64,000 nt of DNA from Hypanus sabinus (Eukaryota): NCBI RefSeq assembly GCF_030144855.1, contig NC_082731.1, positions 16,244,001 through 16,308,000 of the forward strand, read 5' to 3'. Positions 1 to 12,484 of this stretch are shown in pieces (the first letter of the stretch is position 1; the number at the start of each line of letters is the position of its first letter). The notes beneath the pieces were generated by a model that did no database searches, had not been told where the DNA came from, and saw only the letters and a program-made list of their open reading frames with translations. The position numbers and the translations under genes were made by a program.

Positions 1-540
1 TGTGTGTGTCAGCAGATCAGATAACAGAGTGATTCTCTTCCCAGACATGGAGCATTTGTCTCCGTCATGAACTCACTGGTGTGACTGTGGGTGGGCTGAG
101 TGAGTGAATTGCTTCCCACACACAGAGCAGGTGAATGGCCTCTCCACAGTGTGAACTCACTGGTGTGACTGTGGGTGGAATGAGTGAGCGAATACCTTTC
201 CACATTAAGAGCAGGTCAGTGATATCTCCCTGCTATCAATTGTCCGACAATTCACCAAGTCCGATGTTAGTCATAGTGAATCCCGTGTCAAATCAATCCA
301 GCTGAAGAACTGATCTCTGGTGAACAAATGCTGGTGTGTTCTCAGCACCCCGGTTCCAGGGGATTTCACTGAGTTGAAACTGAAAACTTCATTCAGACAC
401 ATAGCACCTTTCCAGCAGTGCCTTCATCTCCAAGGGTCGATGGCAAATATACTGGTGTTAAGGAAATATCTGGACACACAGAGAACTGATGTGTTGCTGT
501 GTTTGAGATTTCCGTTTGCAAATCCTTTGCCGTTTCCAAC
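1..540 (-). other. 5' part of the terminal exon of ZNF paralog A (decayed fingers; any CDS lies left of the window)
   Basis: Acceptor TTTTTACAG|GTTGG just above 540 on the minus strand, homologous to 13811, 34556 and 59371; degenerate finger-type sequence (gtgtgaactcac, gagcaggtgaatggcctctcc) at 1-215. Confidence 0.7.
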
Positions 541-1379
541 CTGTAAAAAGATTTTCAAAAGTCATCAGTGGGTGAACGAGAGCATTTCAGACAAGATAGT
601 TTCAGTGTCTGTGGAGAGATCTGTCGACGAAAAACTCGTCTTCTGACTGGGCACAGACCGGGCGGCCAGACTATCATTTTCTGTCTCTGTCAGAATGGAT
701 AATTTCTGTCCACCTTTCATCTACAAGCTTGCTCAGTTTGTCTCTCTCTATTAGAACCATTTCAAGTTCTGGGTATGTCCCGCAGCACTACACAAAGATC
801 ACATGATATTACATGGCTGATCCTTGAGACTTGGTGATTTGCAGTGGTGAACTCATTGATGACGATGCCAATGAGTATGAAGGGAAGAGCATTAGTCTTT
901 CTCATCAGAGATCATTGATTTGAGGCACGTTGTGAAGTGAAAGCTACAGGTCATTAGTTACCTTAGACAAAGGTATTTGATGTCATTACCCACTTGGAGA
1001 AAATGGATCGAAAACATGTTGTCATGGGTAGAAATGCCCAGAAACAGAGGAGGTTGAACAAAGGTGATTTCCTAAAGAATCAAAGCTGATGTAGGGTGTG
1101 TCTTTTCTTTGCAACACTTGTTAAGGCAAGTGCAAGTTCATAGTTCAAAGTACGTATATTGTCAAAGTATGTGTACCCCATAGAACCTTGAGATTGGTTT
1201 TCCTGCAGACAGCCCCAAAACAAATAAACACAATAGAACCCGCTTAAAAACATGCCCTCTTCAAAGACCACCAAAATGCCCAATGTGTGGGAAAAAAAGT
1301 ACAAATCGCGCATGACATGATGACGCACAGGGCATTTTCTGCAGAGTCCCTGAAAGTGAGCCCACACCTGTGGAACGAC

Positions 1380-1520
1380 ACACACAACATGCTGGAGGAG
1401 TTCAGCAGGCCGGGCAGCATCTATGGAAAAGGGTAAACAGTCGATGTTTCGGGCCGGGACCCTTCAGCCGGGCTGGAGAAAACGAAGATGTGGAGTCAGA
1501 GTAAGAAGGTGAGGGGAGTC
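1380..1520 (-). mobile_element. Short Penelope-derived element with a degenerate hammerhead motif
   Basis: gctggaggagttcagcaggccgggcagcatctatgg...cagtcgatgtttcgggccgggaccc family sequence; CUGAnGA box mutated. Confidence 0.7.
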
Positions 1521-2000
1521 TCAACTAAACACACTATTTACCAAGATTTCAACATCAGAACTGATCTCGATGTTCGTTAATCCGTTTATCTGAAAGGTTC
1601 CCTGGAAACTCTTCATTCAAGATTAACTGGAAAATGTATTTTTGTTCTGGGTTCCCGATCCTGGGACTTAGTCAGCTTAAGCTCAGCAGTGCCCTGCCTC
1701 TCTGTCTGCACTTACAAACACACCCTACAGACTGGCAGGGAAAGCACTGCAAACGTCACTCATGGTTGCCCCTCTACCCAGAAAGCTCTGCAAACTAGAT
1801 ACCTATCTATCTGTCATGGTCTCAGCAATAATTGAGTGCAGTGAAAATGGCACTGGCTGGCGCCTTCACTCATCAGCAGTAGATTCCCCAGGTCCCAGGT
1901 ATGGATCATGGGCAGAGAGAGGAGGAGAGAACTGGGATTGCGTCGGGCTGCATGGCCAGTGTGTCTAGTACTGATGAAACCTGCTCCCAGGGCCCCACTC

Positions 2001-2564
2001 TGTAACCAGAGTCGTTCCTGTCCTGTGACAGCACTGCCCTCACCTGGTTGGAGGTCACACCACCTGCTAGTCAACATTTCGCCCCCCCCCACCCCCAACT
2101 AATCAATGCACACTTAACCACTGGCCACCTTAATTGGATTAACCTGTCTAGCACCAAGCCATTGACCCCCTGACCTATAAAAGGTGCTACATGTGGTTGG
2201 CTCTCTCTCTTTTGCCATCCTCGAGGGACCACCCTGCTTCGCTCCAGGTAAAGTGTGCATTGAATAGGGCTGTGGGAGCGTTTATTGTTGTCCCTTTAGC
2301 AAAGAACCGTGCTTGCCCAGAGTCAAAGGGGGGCAAGTATTGTAGTTACTTTTCCCCTGCTTGTATGTGTACCTGTACTCTGTCCCCACACCGTTTTCCC
2401 AGTCCCGACTTTTCCCACGCTCTTCTATTCTAAGGGCATTTGTACGAATACTGTGTTGTCCCCAAGCTTTTCTCCCCTTATAAATAAACTCCTTATTGTT
2501 AAAATTGTGTGTCCAGAGCTGTTGCCTTGAGACCCAAAGAACCTTTCTCACTTCCATTACAACA
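2001..2564 (+). mobile_element. Solo LTR (564 bp)
   Basis: TGTAAC...TTACAACA termini; CACTC direct repeat at 1996-2000 and 2565-2569; TATAAAA near 2176 and AATAAA near 2483. Confidence 0.75.
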
Positions 2565-2574
2565 CACTCCTACC

Positions 2575-3590
2575 TGCTTCTTCTTGTAAGTTTAATGGTA
2601 ATTGGCACACCAAAACAGGAGCACTACTGCCATTTACTGGGTTGGAGTGTGGAGCAAAAAGACAGGAAGTATACCCCTTAAAAATCCCCAAATGATAACA
2701 AAATGTATAACACATTTCAAAGCGTCAAATATGTGCTTATACACATTGTGGTGGCAGTAACGTCTGAACAAATGTTCCGTGTTAAACTGTGTCTGCTGCA
2801 TGGATTTCAATTTAGCAATTAGATGTTTCCTTTGCACCACAAACAAAATATGCTGCACCATTTCTTGATAAGTGCACTGCCTATAAGTGCCCATATCATG
2901 CATATTAATTCCAAATAAGGAATTATTCAACCTAGTAAGTCCAATACCTAGACATGTAAGTATAACTTTCTCCCCCCCCCCCCGTTATAAGCATCTCCCA
3001 ACTGAGTTCCCACCTTCCTTTCTTTTGCTGATCCCAATTTTAATGCCACACTAATTGTACACACTTTCTAATCATGGCTTTCATCTCCCCCTTTTGCAAA
3101 AGCACCACTACGTTTACAGCCTCAATTTTAGGTGATCACTTGGCAAGAATGTCTGCCACCTCATTTCCTTCAACCTCAACGTGGGGAGGGACCCATAAGA
3201 AATGTGTATACAAGTCTAGACCCTGCAGCCTCAACAGATGTTGTCCAATCTCCAGAAGAATATGAAATGCCTGTTTTAATAGGTGTCAAAACTGAGAATG
3301 AATCAGAGTACAGAAGTACATAATCAGGGCATACTTCTGTGATCCATTTCAAAGCGAAAATGACAGCAACCATCTCAGGTGTGAATACTGATACTTTGCC
3401 TGATAATCTGTTCTTCATAGACACCTGAAATTTGGAACATAAAGTGAAACTGTCACAGGACTTTGAATCATCTCTGTAGATGTAAAAAGACATAATATCA
3501 TAAAGTAAGAAGTATATATCACTGAACTACCTGTGCCACTGATATACAATCGTTCTTCATCTTTTCTTGAATAAACCACAGACAAAGGGA
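2575..3590 (-). mobile_element. 3' remnant of an RNase H-bearing LINE (I/Nimb-like)
   Basis: Decayed RNase H motifs (YRDDSK, SVFTPEMVAV, YSDSFS, VPPHVEVEGNEVADILAK); decayed C-terminal LGIGLTRLN..H..G...C..E..HIL knuckle; short (GAA)n tail. Confidence 0.75.
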
Positions 3591-3599
3591 AAAACCATA

Positions 3600-3780
3600 A
3601 GGCCACAAAACATAGGAGCAGAATTAGGCCATTCAGTCCATCGAGTCTGTTCTGCCAACCATCAAAGCTGATCCATCATCCCTCTTGGCCCCATTTTGCT
3701 GTCTACCCCTCGTAAGCACTGGTGCCCTGATTAATCAGAAACCTATTAACCTTAGTATACCCTATAACTTGACCTTCACC
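3600..3780 (-). mobile_element. CR1 LINE 3' end fragment
   Basis: cataggagcagaattaggccattc...catcgagtctg tail shared with other CR1 copies in the window. Confidence 0.65.
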
Positions 3781-4089
3781 CAGGTCCTAAAGGATTAAAG
3801 ATGATGCAAGGATTTTGTTGTTTCTTTCTCCTGTTCAACAGTCATTGATAGCTTAATTGGCTGGAAACTTTCTTTAAAGCCTCAGTCTCACGAAGCATGT
3901 TCCCAAGATTTCAACGTCAACTGGTTCCAACATTGGAACTGATCTAAATGTTCCGTAATTCATTTGTCAGTCTTCATCCAAGATTAACTCAGAAATAAAC
4001 TTTGGTTCTGAGTTCCTAACCCTTTGGTTTAGATAGCTGGAGCTCGGATGTGTTTGAGAGATCCATCCGCCAGATGGGGGGGGGGGGGG

Positions 4090-4570
4090 GGGGCAGCGCC
4101 AACATGGCTGCGAATCTACCCAGAAAACCCCGCGAGCGAGAAACCCATCTGTCTGCAGCGACGCGCATGCGCGCAAAGTGACACCGTCCCTGCTCAGCGG
4201 GAAACTCCCTGGGGCCTGGTTCCGGATCGAAGGGCGGAAAGGAAGGGAATGGACTGGAACTGTTGTTGGTGCCACTGAAAGCCCCACCCGCAACCCTGCT
4301 CCTACCTGCTGCCGATCTTCCGGAACACAAGATGTTGGAGGAACTCAGCAGGCCAGGCAGCATCTGTGGGGGGAGAAAAACAGTCGACGTTTCGGGCCGG
4401 GACCCTTCGTCAGAACTTCACCCGGAACCGTCGGTCCACTGAGTGTCTGCGCGACTTTCGTCAACCGTCGGCGACCTCTACGCATGCGCATTCAGTCGGG
4501 ATGTCACAGACAGCGAGCCCTGAAGCGCGGAGATTTCTGGGCAACCAAAGTGCCATTCGAGCTGTCTGCA
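4090..4570 (-). promoter_or_regulatory. CpG-island promoter/first exon of ZNF paralog A
   Basis: CpG-rich; GCGCATGCGC (NRF1-type) at 4163-4172 and ACGCATGCGCA near 4480; homologous to the other three ZNF promoters. Confidence 0.65.
4327..4421 (-). mobile_element. Mini Penelope-derived element with an intact hammerhead core (4382-4417)
   Basis: Minus strand reads agtt-CTGACGA-agggtcccggccc-GAAAC-GTC-gact; CCGGAAC direct repeats at 4320-4326 and 4422-4428. Confidence 0.75.
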
Positions 4571-4744
4571 AGCTCCCGTTCCCCCTACCACATGCCTCAC
4601 AACCAATCTATGTTCTTATATGGAGAACACAGTTGTTCCTTTAACGCAGCAAAGTCCAACAAACCATATACTCCACACTAACAAGCTCTCAGTGTGTTAA
4701 AGTCAAAGTCACACTTACACATGCAGATATAAAGTAAACACACA

Positions 4745-4950
4745 AGGGCTTCTGCAGCTCGAGGAAATAATCGAACAGCGCACACAAAATGCTACACGAA
4801 CTCAGCAGCTCTGGCAGCATCTATGCAGGCTACAGGCCGAAAATCTTCACCAGCCACCAGTATGGTGTAGCATCTCAGCTCAAAATTTCGACCGTTTATT
4901 CCTCTCCATAGATGCTGTCTGACCTGTTGACTTCGTCCAGCATTTTGCAG
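4745..4950. mobile_element. Decayed inverted-pair Penelope-derived element
   Basis: cacacaaaatgc...ggcagcatctatg followed by the inverted catagatgctg...ccagcattttg. Confidence 0.6.
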
Positions 4951-5539
4951 AATTAAAACCGCTCTTTTTTTTTACACCAATCAGCTTCAAATGTTTCTTT
5001 TGTAGCCCAACCTCCTCCCCACAGACACCCCACCATCACTTTCTGGGGCTCCAAAGCCCTGCCTTATGCTGGCCCCGGTTTGCTCCGTCGAACATCTACC
5101 CGCCATTCTGCTCTCATATTTTAGAGGAGAGTAGTGTTTTGAATCAAAGCGGCTGTGTGAGGAACGACACGTAAAGTTAACAAGAACAGGGAAGAAGGGG
5201 TTTAACCAACCTTGACATTCCTCCTTCGCCCCGAGGAAAAAGGAATATGTGGGAGTGGGGGGGGGGGGGGGGGAACTCAGAGAGTCAGGAAGTCACAGAG
5301 GAAATTCGGGGCAAATTTCTTCACCCACAGAGTCACTCGTTACTTGTTACTAATTACAACGTGTCATCACCCGGAGAGCGAGGGTGAACAGCAGGGTGGA
5401 CTTAAACCGCCTGATATGGTTTAGAAACATGGCCACTGAGCAACTCGGCCGAGTAGCCTTTCTACTGTACCTCGGGGTATGGCAGAGACAGTAAGAACCT
5501 GGGACGCAGAACTGATACGTGTGCCACAGATCCACGTCA

Positions 5540-5735
5540 GCTGATATTAGTCTGAATGCTCAGTAGCCGGGTTCAGTCCTGGGTGTGAAGAGCAGCCACA
5601 ATAACCTCGGAATCTGACATTAACATTTCGTGGAGAACTTCCATCAGGGTTCAGCCACCATGATGGTTCAATATTTAACCTGCAGCTTATCTGAACCCTC
5701 CCTGACGTGAAGTTGCTGGCGTTTCGGCAACTGGA
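5540..5735 (-). pseudogene. Remnant of a ZNF gene 3' end/3'UTR
   Basis: Aligns by eye to the ZNF 3'UTR blocks at 52120-52290 and 32040-32140. Confidence 0.45.
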
Positions 5736-5739
5736 AATA

Positions 5740-6060
5740 CGAGGGGTGATTGATAAGTTCGTGGCCTACGGCAGGTGCAGTCAGTTTTAGAAAACCTCGA
5801 ACATTTATTTTTCAACATAGTCCCCTCCTACATTTACACACTTGGTCCAGCGGTCGTGGAGCACACGGATCTTGGACCTCCGGAAAGTGTCCACAGCGGG
5901 GGAGGGTGTGATTGATAAATTCGTGGCCCACGGTAGAAGGAGATGAGTTATACAGCTCTCGTTACAGGCACCTGCAGTTCAACTCTTTGAGTGATTATGC
6001 AGAAAGTTTAATAACTCATCTCCTTCCACCTTAGGCCACGAACGTATCAATCACCCCGGT
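5740..6060. mobile_element. Mariner-type MITE
   Basis: TA|CGAGGGGTGATTGATAAGTTCGTGGCCTA ... TAGGCCACGAACGTATCAATCACCCC terminal inverted repeats, plus an internal third TIR copy near 5903-5950. Confidence 0.75.
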
Positions 6061-6099
6061 TAACTTCAAACGTTAACAACACAAATACGTGATATTTAC

Positions 6100-6232
6100 A
6101 AAAAACAACACACACAAAATGCTGGTGGAACACTAAATATGTCAGGGATGGGGGTAAGAAGGGGAGGGGGGCATTAACGGAAGTTGGAGAAGTCAATGCT
6201 CATGCCATCAGGTTGGAGGCTACCCAGCCGGT
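6100..6232 (-). mobile_element. Internally deleted Penelope-like fragment with a 15-bp TSD
   Basis: ATACGTGATATTTAC at 6085-6099 and 6233-6247; encodes the LGSLQPDGMSIDFSNF end of the GIY-YIG ORF. Confidence 0.75.
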
Positions 6233-6399
6233 ATACGTGATATTTACTCCTTTATTTGCATTTGATCTGATCAAAAAACGGCCAGTTATACCCAAGATTT
6301 AGTTATTGTCCAATGGAAAATGTGTCCTTCTCTTTATCTCGCCTTCTGCTCCGGTCCTTGGAGTCAGTCCACGCTCCACCGACCACCAGACAATCAGAT

Positions 6400-6760
6400 T
6401 TCACAGTAATCGAGAAATGTGTGAAGTTCACTATAATACATCATAACGATAGAAAAGGCTGAATTTCAGTGAGTGTATATATATAAAATAGTTCAGTTAA
6501 AATAAATAGTGCAAAAACAGAAATTTAAGCTGTTCCTGAATCGTTGGGAGTGTGCCTTCAGGATGGTAACAGTGAGAAGAGGGCATGTCCTGGGTGACCG
6601 ACTGATCTTTGAAGGTATCCTGGATTCTACGGAGGCGAGTGCCCATGATAGAATTGTCTAATTTTACAACCTTCTGCAAATACTTCTGTCCGGAACCTTC
6701 CAATGACCTTGCTCTGTTTAGCTGCTGTCCAACTTAACCCTTGCCATGCCATTGAGGCCA
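6400..6760 (-). mobile_element. Rex1/Babar-like LINE 3' fragment
   Basis: LQKVVKLDNSIMGTRLRRIQDTFK resembles the Rex1 C-terminus seen at 54500-54740. Confidence 0.5.
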
Positions 6761-6879
6761 AAGGCGCTTCTCTTGATTTCGCTTCCCGCAGACTGAGCTC
6801 GATATTCCTCGCCGAATAACCACGGCAGAAGAAAAACGTGATAGGAATAGAACTATTTCCAACATTCATTTTTACCTGT

Positions 6880-7785
6880 GTCTTCCCGCTCTCTTCCTGC
6901 ATCTTTCCCCAAAACCCAACCCCCCTCTCCACCCTTTTCAGGGTCGTGCTTTTTCCAACTCTCCCTCTTTACGTCATCCATCCCTCTCCTGTTTCTGAAA
7001 CGCCCGTACTATTTCCCCACACCCGTCTCTTCAATGCACCCCCGCCCGCGGTCCGGATCTTCCTCCCTTTCCGAATCTCCGACGCACCCTTGCCCCTCCC
7101 TCCGCCTCTCACCTGTCTCTAGAACACCTCCTACGTTCCCCTGTCGGTCTCTGTGACACGCCCTGCCTTCCCACGCCCCGCCTTTCTCCCCCCCCCCTGT
7201 GACGCACCCCGCCTTTCCTCACCCCCCGTCTCTGCGACGCGCCCTGCCTTCCCACCTCCTTCCCCCCCCCGTCTCAGGGACGGCCCTCTCCCCGCTAGCC
7301 CCAGATCTCAGATGGCACTCTCCCCCCTCCCCACACGATTCTTGGATGCCTCTTCCCTCTCCCCACTTACATGGAAAGTCCCCTTTACCCTCGCCCCTTT
7401 ACTTCCTGGGCCGTCTGGGAATGCTCCCACCCCCTGCCCGTTCTTCCCACTCCCCCTCTACCTCTGGGTCGCCCCATCCCTCCCCCCTCGCGGCTCTTCA
7501 CCACTCCCGGGACTTCCCAAAGCTCTCCTAACCCTGATCTTCCTCTCACCGCCACACGCCGCACTTGTTCCCTCTCCCGAGAACTCACTCCAGCCCCCCT
7601 CCGCCGGGGACTTACGGCCTGCCTCCTCCATCTCTGGAACCCCGTCCCGCTTTACCCACCACTTCCCCGTCTTTGGGACCCAAGCCCACCGTCTCTAACA
7701 CAGCAACGCCTCCCCCCATCCCGTACGCCCCTCCCTCTCCCCTTCTCTGGCACAGCCTCTCCCCTCCCCGCCTCTGTGACTACCA
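6880..7785 (-). repeat. Strand-asymmetric C-rich (G-rich on minus) cryptic satellite
   Basis: Recurring ccgtctctgggtcgccc-like motif (reverse complement of GGGCGACCCAGAGACGG) among C runs. Confidence 0.7.
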
Positions 7786-8399
7786 AGCACCCGCCCAGGA
7801 AGTGGGAGAGGAGCTGGTAGGCGGACAGAGAGGTGAGAGAGACAGTGGGCGGTCAGTGAGAGAGATTCACCAGGAGATGTTCAGTGAGGGACACAGGGAC
7901 TGAGGGAGGGAGGGGAAAAGATTCTGCAGATGGTGGAAATCCCTGATCCTGATGAAGGGAACGTCGACTGTTCATTCCCGTCCACAGATGCTGCTTGGTC
8001 TGTTGAGTTACTGCAGCACTCTGTGTGTGTAGCTGAAGGGGAGGGGGCTCCAAGGGGAGACACATTGAGAGGTGAATGAAAGACTGAGAAATATCTGCAG
8101 GAGGATGGAGAGTGTGCGAGAGAGAAGGACAGTGAGGCGGGGAGCAGAGCTTTGTGAGGGGAGGGAGGAACATTTTTGAGAGACACTAAAGGGAGAGGGA
8201 CTGTACAGGTGGAGAACGGACTGTGTGAAGGTCTGTGAGGGAGGGACAGTGAGAGAGAAGGTTGTGGTAAGGTGGGGAGGGCAGGATTGGGGTTCGGGGA
8301 GGCGGGTTGAGGTTGTGTGAGGAGATAGACCACGAGCACGAGCGAGGTCACACGGAAGACAGGCAAGTTCCCCCCCCCCCCCCCCCCCGCCCCAGCAGA

Positions 8400-8770
8400 G
8401 GTCGGTATGGAATCGGGGTTGCTGGAGGGGCGGAGCGGGGGAGGGGCGAGTCACGTGGCTGTACCTCACGTTAAAAGGCGAAATCGCAATCAGCTGACGA
8501 CACTATAAATGGATGAATACTAATAAGTGGTAGAATTTCATTTGCCTGCGGGAGTGAGATAGTAGACGGACAGAAGGGCACTCAGAGGGGCAGGAAAGTA
8601 GATTCGTGCGCACGCAGACTGGCACACACACACGAAGAGACACAGATAATAGAAACGGGGAGAGGGGGACACGGCGTGGGACGGACGCGGCTGAATGGGG
8701 CTGCTGAGAACGCCCACGGCTGGTGGAGATGAGCTGACACGTATATATCGACGAGCACAATTGTCGAATC
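8400..8770. promoter_or_regulatory. Promoter-like CpG-rich patch with no assigned gene
   Basis: GC boxes GGGGCGGAG/GGGGCGAG and E-box GTCACGTGG near 8450; high CpG density. Confidence 0.4.
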
Positions 8771-9463
8771 TGAGGTTGTGACAATCCCTGCAGGGATATG
8801 GCTGTGGAGGCCGTCATTAGATATATTTAAAATAGATTCAGAAGGATGTTCATGGTTATAAAGAGAGAGCAGGAGAATGGGGTTGGGAGAGAAAATAAAT
8901 CAAAAAGTCGATTGGCTGAATGGACTAATTCTGTTCCTAAGGTTTAATTTTTATGATCAGATCGATTGATTTGTTGGGTTTTCAACATGGCCAATATTGG
9001 CTTAAGGACATTTGTGAAATCAAAACCTTTTATTTAATGAGGGATGGTCAGAAGGGGTAAAGCGACGATAGTGTTTAGCACTGACTCCCTGGATTCTTCT
9101 GTGAAAGCAGATTAGTGTCTACCTTTCATACCTCCTTTGTCCTTTTCAAGGTGCATGGGGTTCTATCTGAGACCCTGACCCGGGGTTACACTCAGAATGG
9201 TTCTTTATGGTAGTGGGACTCCTACACGGGGCTCACGACCAGACATTTTTCGGTATCGCAAGGNNNNNNNNNNNNNNNNNNNNNNNNNNNNNNNNNNNNN
9301 NNNNNNNNNNNNNNNNNNNNNNNNNNNNNNNNNNNNNNNNNNNNNNNNNNNNNNNNNNNNNNNNNNNNNNNNNNNNNNNNNNNNNNNNNNNNNNNNNNNN
9401 NNNNNNNNNNNNNNNNNNNNNNNNNNNNNNNNNNNNNNNNNNNNNNNNNNNNNNNNNNNNNNN

Positions 9464-10000
9464 ATGTACCCTCTGCTTATATATAACACACAATGACTTG
9501 GCCTCCACAGCTTTATGTGGCAATGAATTCACAGATTCCCCACCCTCTGGCTAAAGGAATTCCTCCTCACCTCTGTTCTGAATGGATGTCCCTCTATTCT
9601 GAGACTGTGCCCTTTGGTCCTCGACTCCCTCAGTATACCTCAGTTTCTCAGACTCCACATCCACTCTATCTAGGCCTTTCAATATTCAATAGACTTCAAT
9701 GAGATCACGCCTCATTCTTTTAAACTCCAGTAAATACAGCTCCACAGTCATCACACACTCCTCATACGTAAACCCTTTCATTTCTGAAATCATTCTCGTT
9801 GACCTCCTCTGGACACTGTTCAGTGCCAGTACATATTCAGTTAGATAAGGGCCTCAAAACTGTTCATAATACTCTGAGTTCAACGCCTTTTAAAACCTCA
9901 CCATTGCTTTTATATTCCAGTCCCCTTGAAATGAATGCTAACATTTAATTTTTCTTCATACCACCGATTCAACCTGCAAATTAACCTTTAGGGAATCTTG
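9464..10000 (-). mobile_element. Old CR1 LINE fragment
   Basis: Decayed CR1 RT C-terminal sequence (cacagattcccaccctctggctaaaggaattcctcctc), truncated by the N-gap at 9264-9463. Confidence 0.7.
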
Positions 10001-10254
10001 TTGAGGTGTTAAGCTCTTTCCCTGCTATGGGTCATTTTCACTGACTTCAAACGGCCGCGCCTCACACAGCTGGGCTGTGTGAGCATTACACTGCACTGTT
10101 GTCCTCTAATCCACGGAGGGGCCAGCACTGGACTCTGCTCTGGGGTTCCAGAAAGTGTCGTTGTGGAGGAGGATGAAATCAGACCAGAAGAATGTGGCTA
10201 AAAATGAAAGATCAGGAATATTTGGAACTGATTGACTAAAAAAAATACTTATTT

Positions 10255-10415
10255 CTATGAAATGCTGAAGGAACAGCAGATCAGACATCTATGGAGAGGA
10301 ATAAACAGTCAATATTTCGGGCCCAGACCTTGCTGGCGACTGTTTTCAACCTGAAGTCACGGCTGTTGATTCCTCAGCCTGGCTTGATGAGTTCCTCCAG
10401 CATTTTGTGTGCGTT
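10255..10415. mobile_element. Decayed inverted-pair Penelope-derived element
   Basis: aaatgctg..catctatggagagg..cagtcaatatttcgggc, then the inverted tgagttcctccagcattttgtgtg. Confidence 0.55.
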
Positions 10416-10599
10416 GCTCTATATATTCAGCACTTTCAGACTACCTAGTGTTTTTGAGTTATATCTGCATTTGTAAGTGGGTCGTACTTTGATTTTTGAC
10501 AGACAGAATGCTTGTTGATATTACTCATATTGGTTGTGGGAGCTTGCTGCGTGAAGGTAGCTGCTGACAATGCAATATGAAACGATGCCCGGTTTTGAG

Positions 10600-11060
10600 T
10601 CATGTGACACAGGGGTTCCCGAATGGCACCTCGCTTACCCAGGTGACCCCGCGCTTCAGAAGTCGCAGTCGCAGCCCTGCCGATCAAGTGCGCGTGCGTG
10701 GGAGGGGGAGGGGATTGCAGCCGTTCCGGGAAGCTGCGCATGCGCCCGGCGGACGAATGGCTGGGCAGGGTCGGCGGCAGGTAGGAGCGGGACTCCGGGA
10801 GGGGGCTTTCACTTCATCGGCCTCGGCACCCCGGGCTGGGCGACGATCGCAGCGGGCTCTGGGCCTACCGTGGCCCCGCACTGCGGGGCAGCCTCGGTCC
10901 TCGCGACCCGCACCCGGAGGCCGGGAGATTTTCTGCCGAGAGGGGCGAAGCTGCTGCGCCATTTCTGCGGCGCATGCGCCTCGGCGGGCATCTCCTGGTC
11001 ACTTTCGGGGTGCAGAGACAGTCCTGGGTGACCCTTGCAGCCTCTTCCCCCCAGTAAGTG
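10600..11060 (+). promoter_or_regulatory. CpG-island promoter and non-coding first exon of ZNF paralog B
   Basis: TGCGCATGCGC 10735-10745, GCGCCATTT (YY1-type) 10956-10964, GCGCATGCGC 10970-10979, donor CCA|GTAAGT near 11053. Confidence 0.75.
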
Positions 11061-11279
11061 CCGGCGCGGGGAATGGGACGCTGCCGAGTTATCTGAATGC
11101 AGGGAGGAGGACCTCGGGATAGACATAGAGCTCCGGTTTAATCTCGGCTGAAGAGTCCTTTTCAGCCACTGAAACTGTCATCAGGCGCTGCAGAGCAAAA
11201 TAAAAATCCTTGCATCAGCTTCAGTTCTTCTGAAAATCCTTTGTTCTACTCCCTGTTGTTCTATATCCTATTGTTCCTT

Positions 11280-12265
11280 AAAGCCATAAGGCACAGGAAG
11301 AGCATTAGGCCTTTCGGATCTGTCATTCCATTATCCTTCTCCTGCCCTCTCCCCGTTAATCTTTCGGGCCCTGACTAATCAAGATCCGATCAACCTGAGC
11401 TTTAACTATACCCAGTGACTTGGCCTCAGATTCACAGATTTCCACAGAATTCACAGAATTCCACAGATTCACCACCCTCTGGCTAAAGGAATTCCTCCCC
11501 ATCCATATTCTAAATGGACATCCCTCTGTTCTGAGGTTGTGCCCCCTGGTCCTGGACTCTTCCCACAATAAGAAACGTACTCTGCCCAGCCACTCGATTT
11601 AGGCCCTTCAGTATTCCGTAGGTTTGAATGAGAGCCCCCGCGTTCTTCTAAACTTCAGCGTGTATAAACTCAGAGCCATCAAATGCTGTTCCTACGTTAA
11701 GTCTCTCGTTCCTGGAATCATTCTCATGAACTTTCTCGCGACCTCTCCAGTGCTCCCATTTAATTCCCTAAATAATGGGCCCAAAACTGCTCTCAGTCCG
11801 CCAAGTACAATCTAAGAAATGACTGATAAAGCCTCAATATTACATCATTGCTTTTATATTCCGGTGTTCTCAGAATTAACATTGCATTTGCCTTCCTCAC
11901 CTCTGACTCAACCTGTAAGTTAGCCTTTAGGGAATCCTACACAAGGACTCCCAAGTCCCTTTGCACCTCTGAATATTGAATTTTCTCCCCTTTTACAGAA
12001 TAATCTACACCTTTATTTCTTCTGCCAAAGTGCATGACTTCACACCTCCCTGCCCTGTTTTCCATTTGCGCCCTGCTTCTGTAACCCCGCCTGTCCCTCC
12101 GCCTCTCTTGGTGTCATCTGCAGACCCGGCCACAAAGCCGTCAATTCCTTCTTCCGAATCATTTACGTTTACTGTGAAAAGAAACAGTTCCAACTCCAGA
12201 CATCAGCAACAAATCAGGAAAAGGCCCCTTTCTTCCTTGCCTTTACATTCTGCCAGTCAGCCGCC
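11280..12265 (-). mobile_element. Old intronic CR1 LINE, antisense to ZNF B
   Basis: ESRTRGHNLR..FSQRVVNLWNS and FVAGSADDTKRGG peptides in the ORF track. Confidence 0.75.
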
Positions 12266-12484
12266 CTTCTACCCATTCCAGTGGTGGTGAGGACATGTTT
12301 TGCACCATTCTGTCTGGGTACATAACGATATCAAACACCGTTGTCCTGGGTAACTAACGTGCTGTAGCTCAGACATCACAAAACTGCCACAGCTGAACAA
12401 TCGCCAGTGAGAAAGACCAGTGTCCTCCCTTCGTATTCGTTGACATTGCATCACTGTCAAATACCCAGGGGGGGAGGGGTCACG

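Noticed and set aside
9050-9263. Possible LTR end (GGGGTTACA) plus internal sequence
   Set aside because: No matching 5' terminus, TSD or clear primer-binding site; truncated by the N-gap
9197-9554. ORFs spanning N-gaps (also 24687-25118, 40874-41491, 51657-52053)
   Set aside because: Open only because of unknown bases
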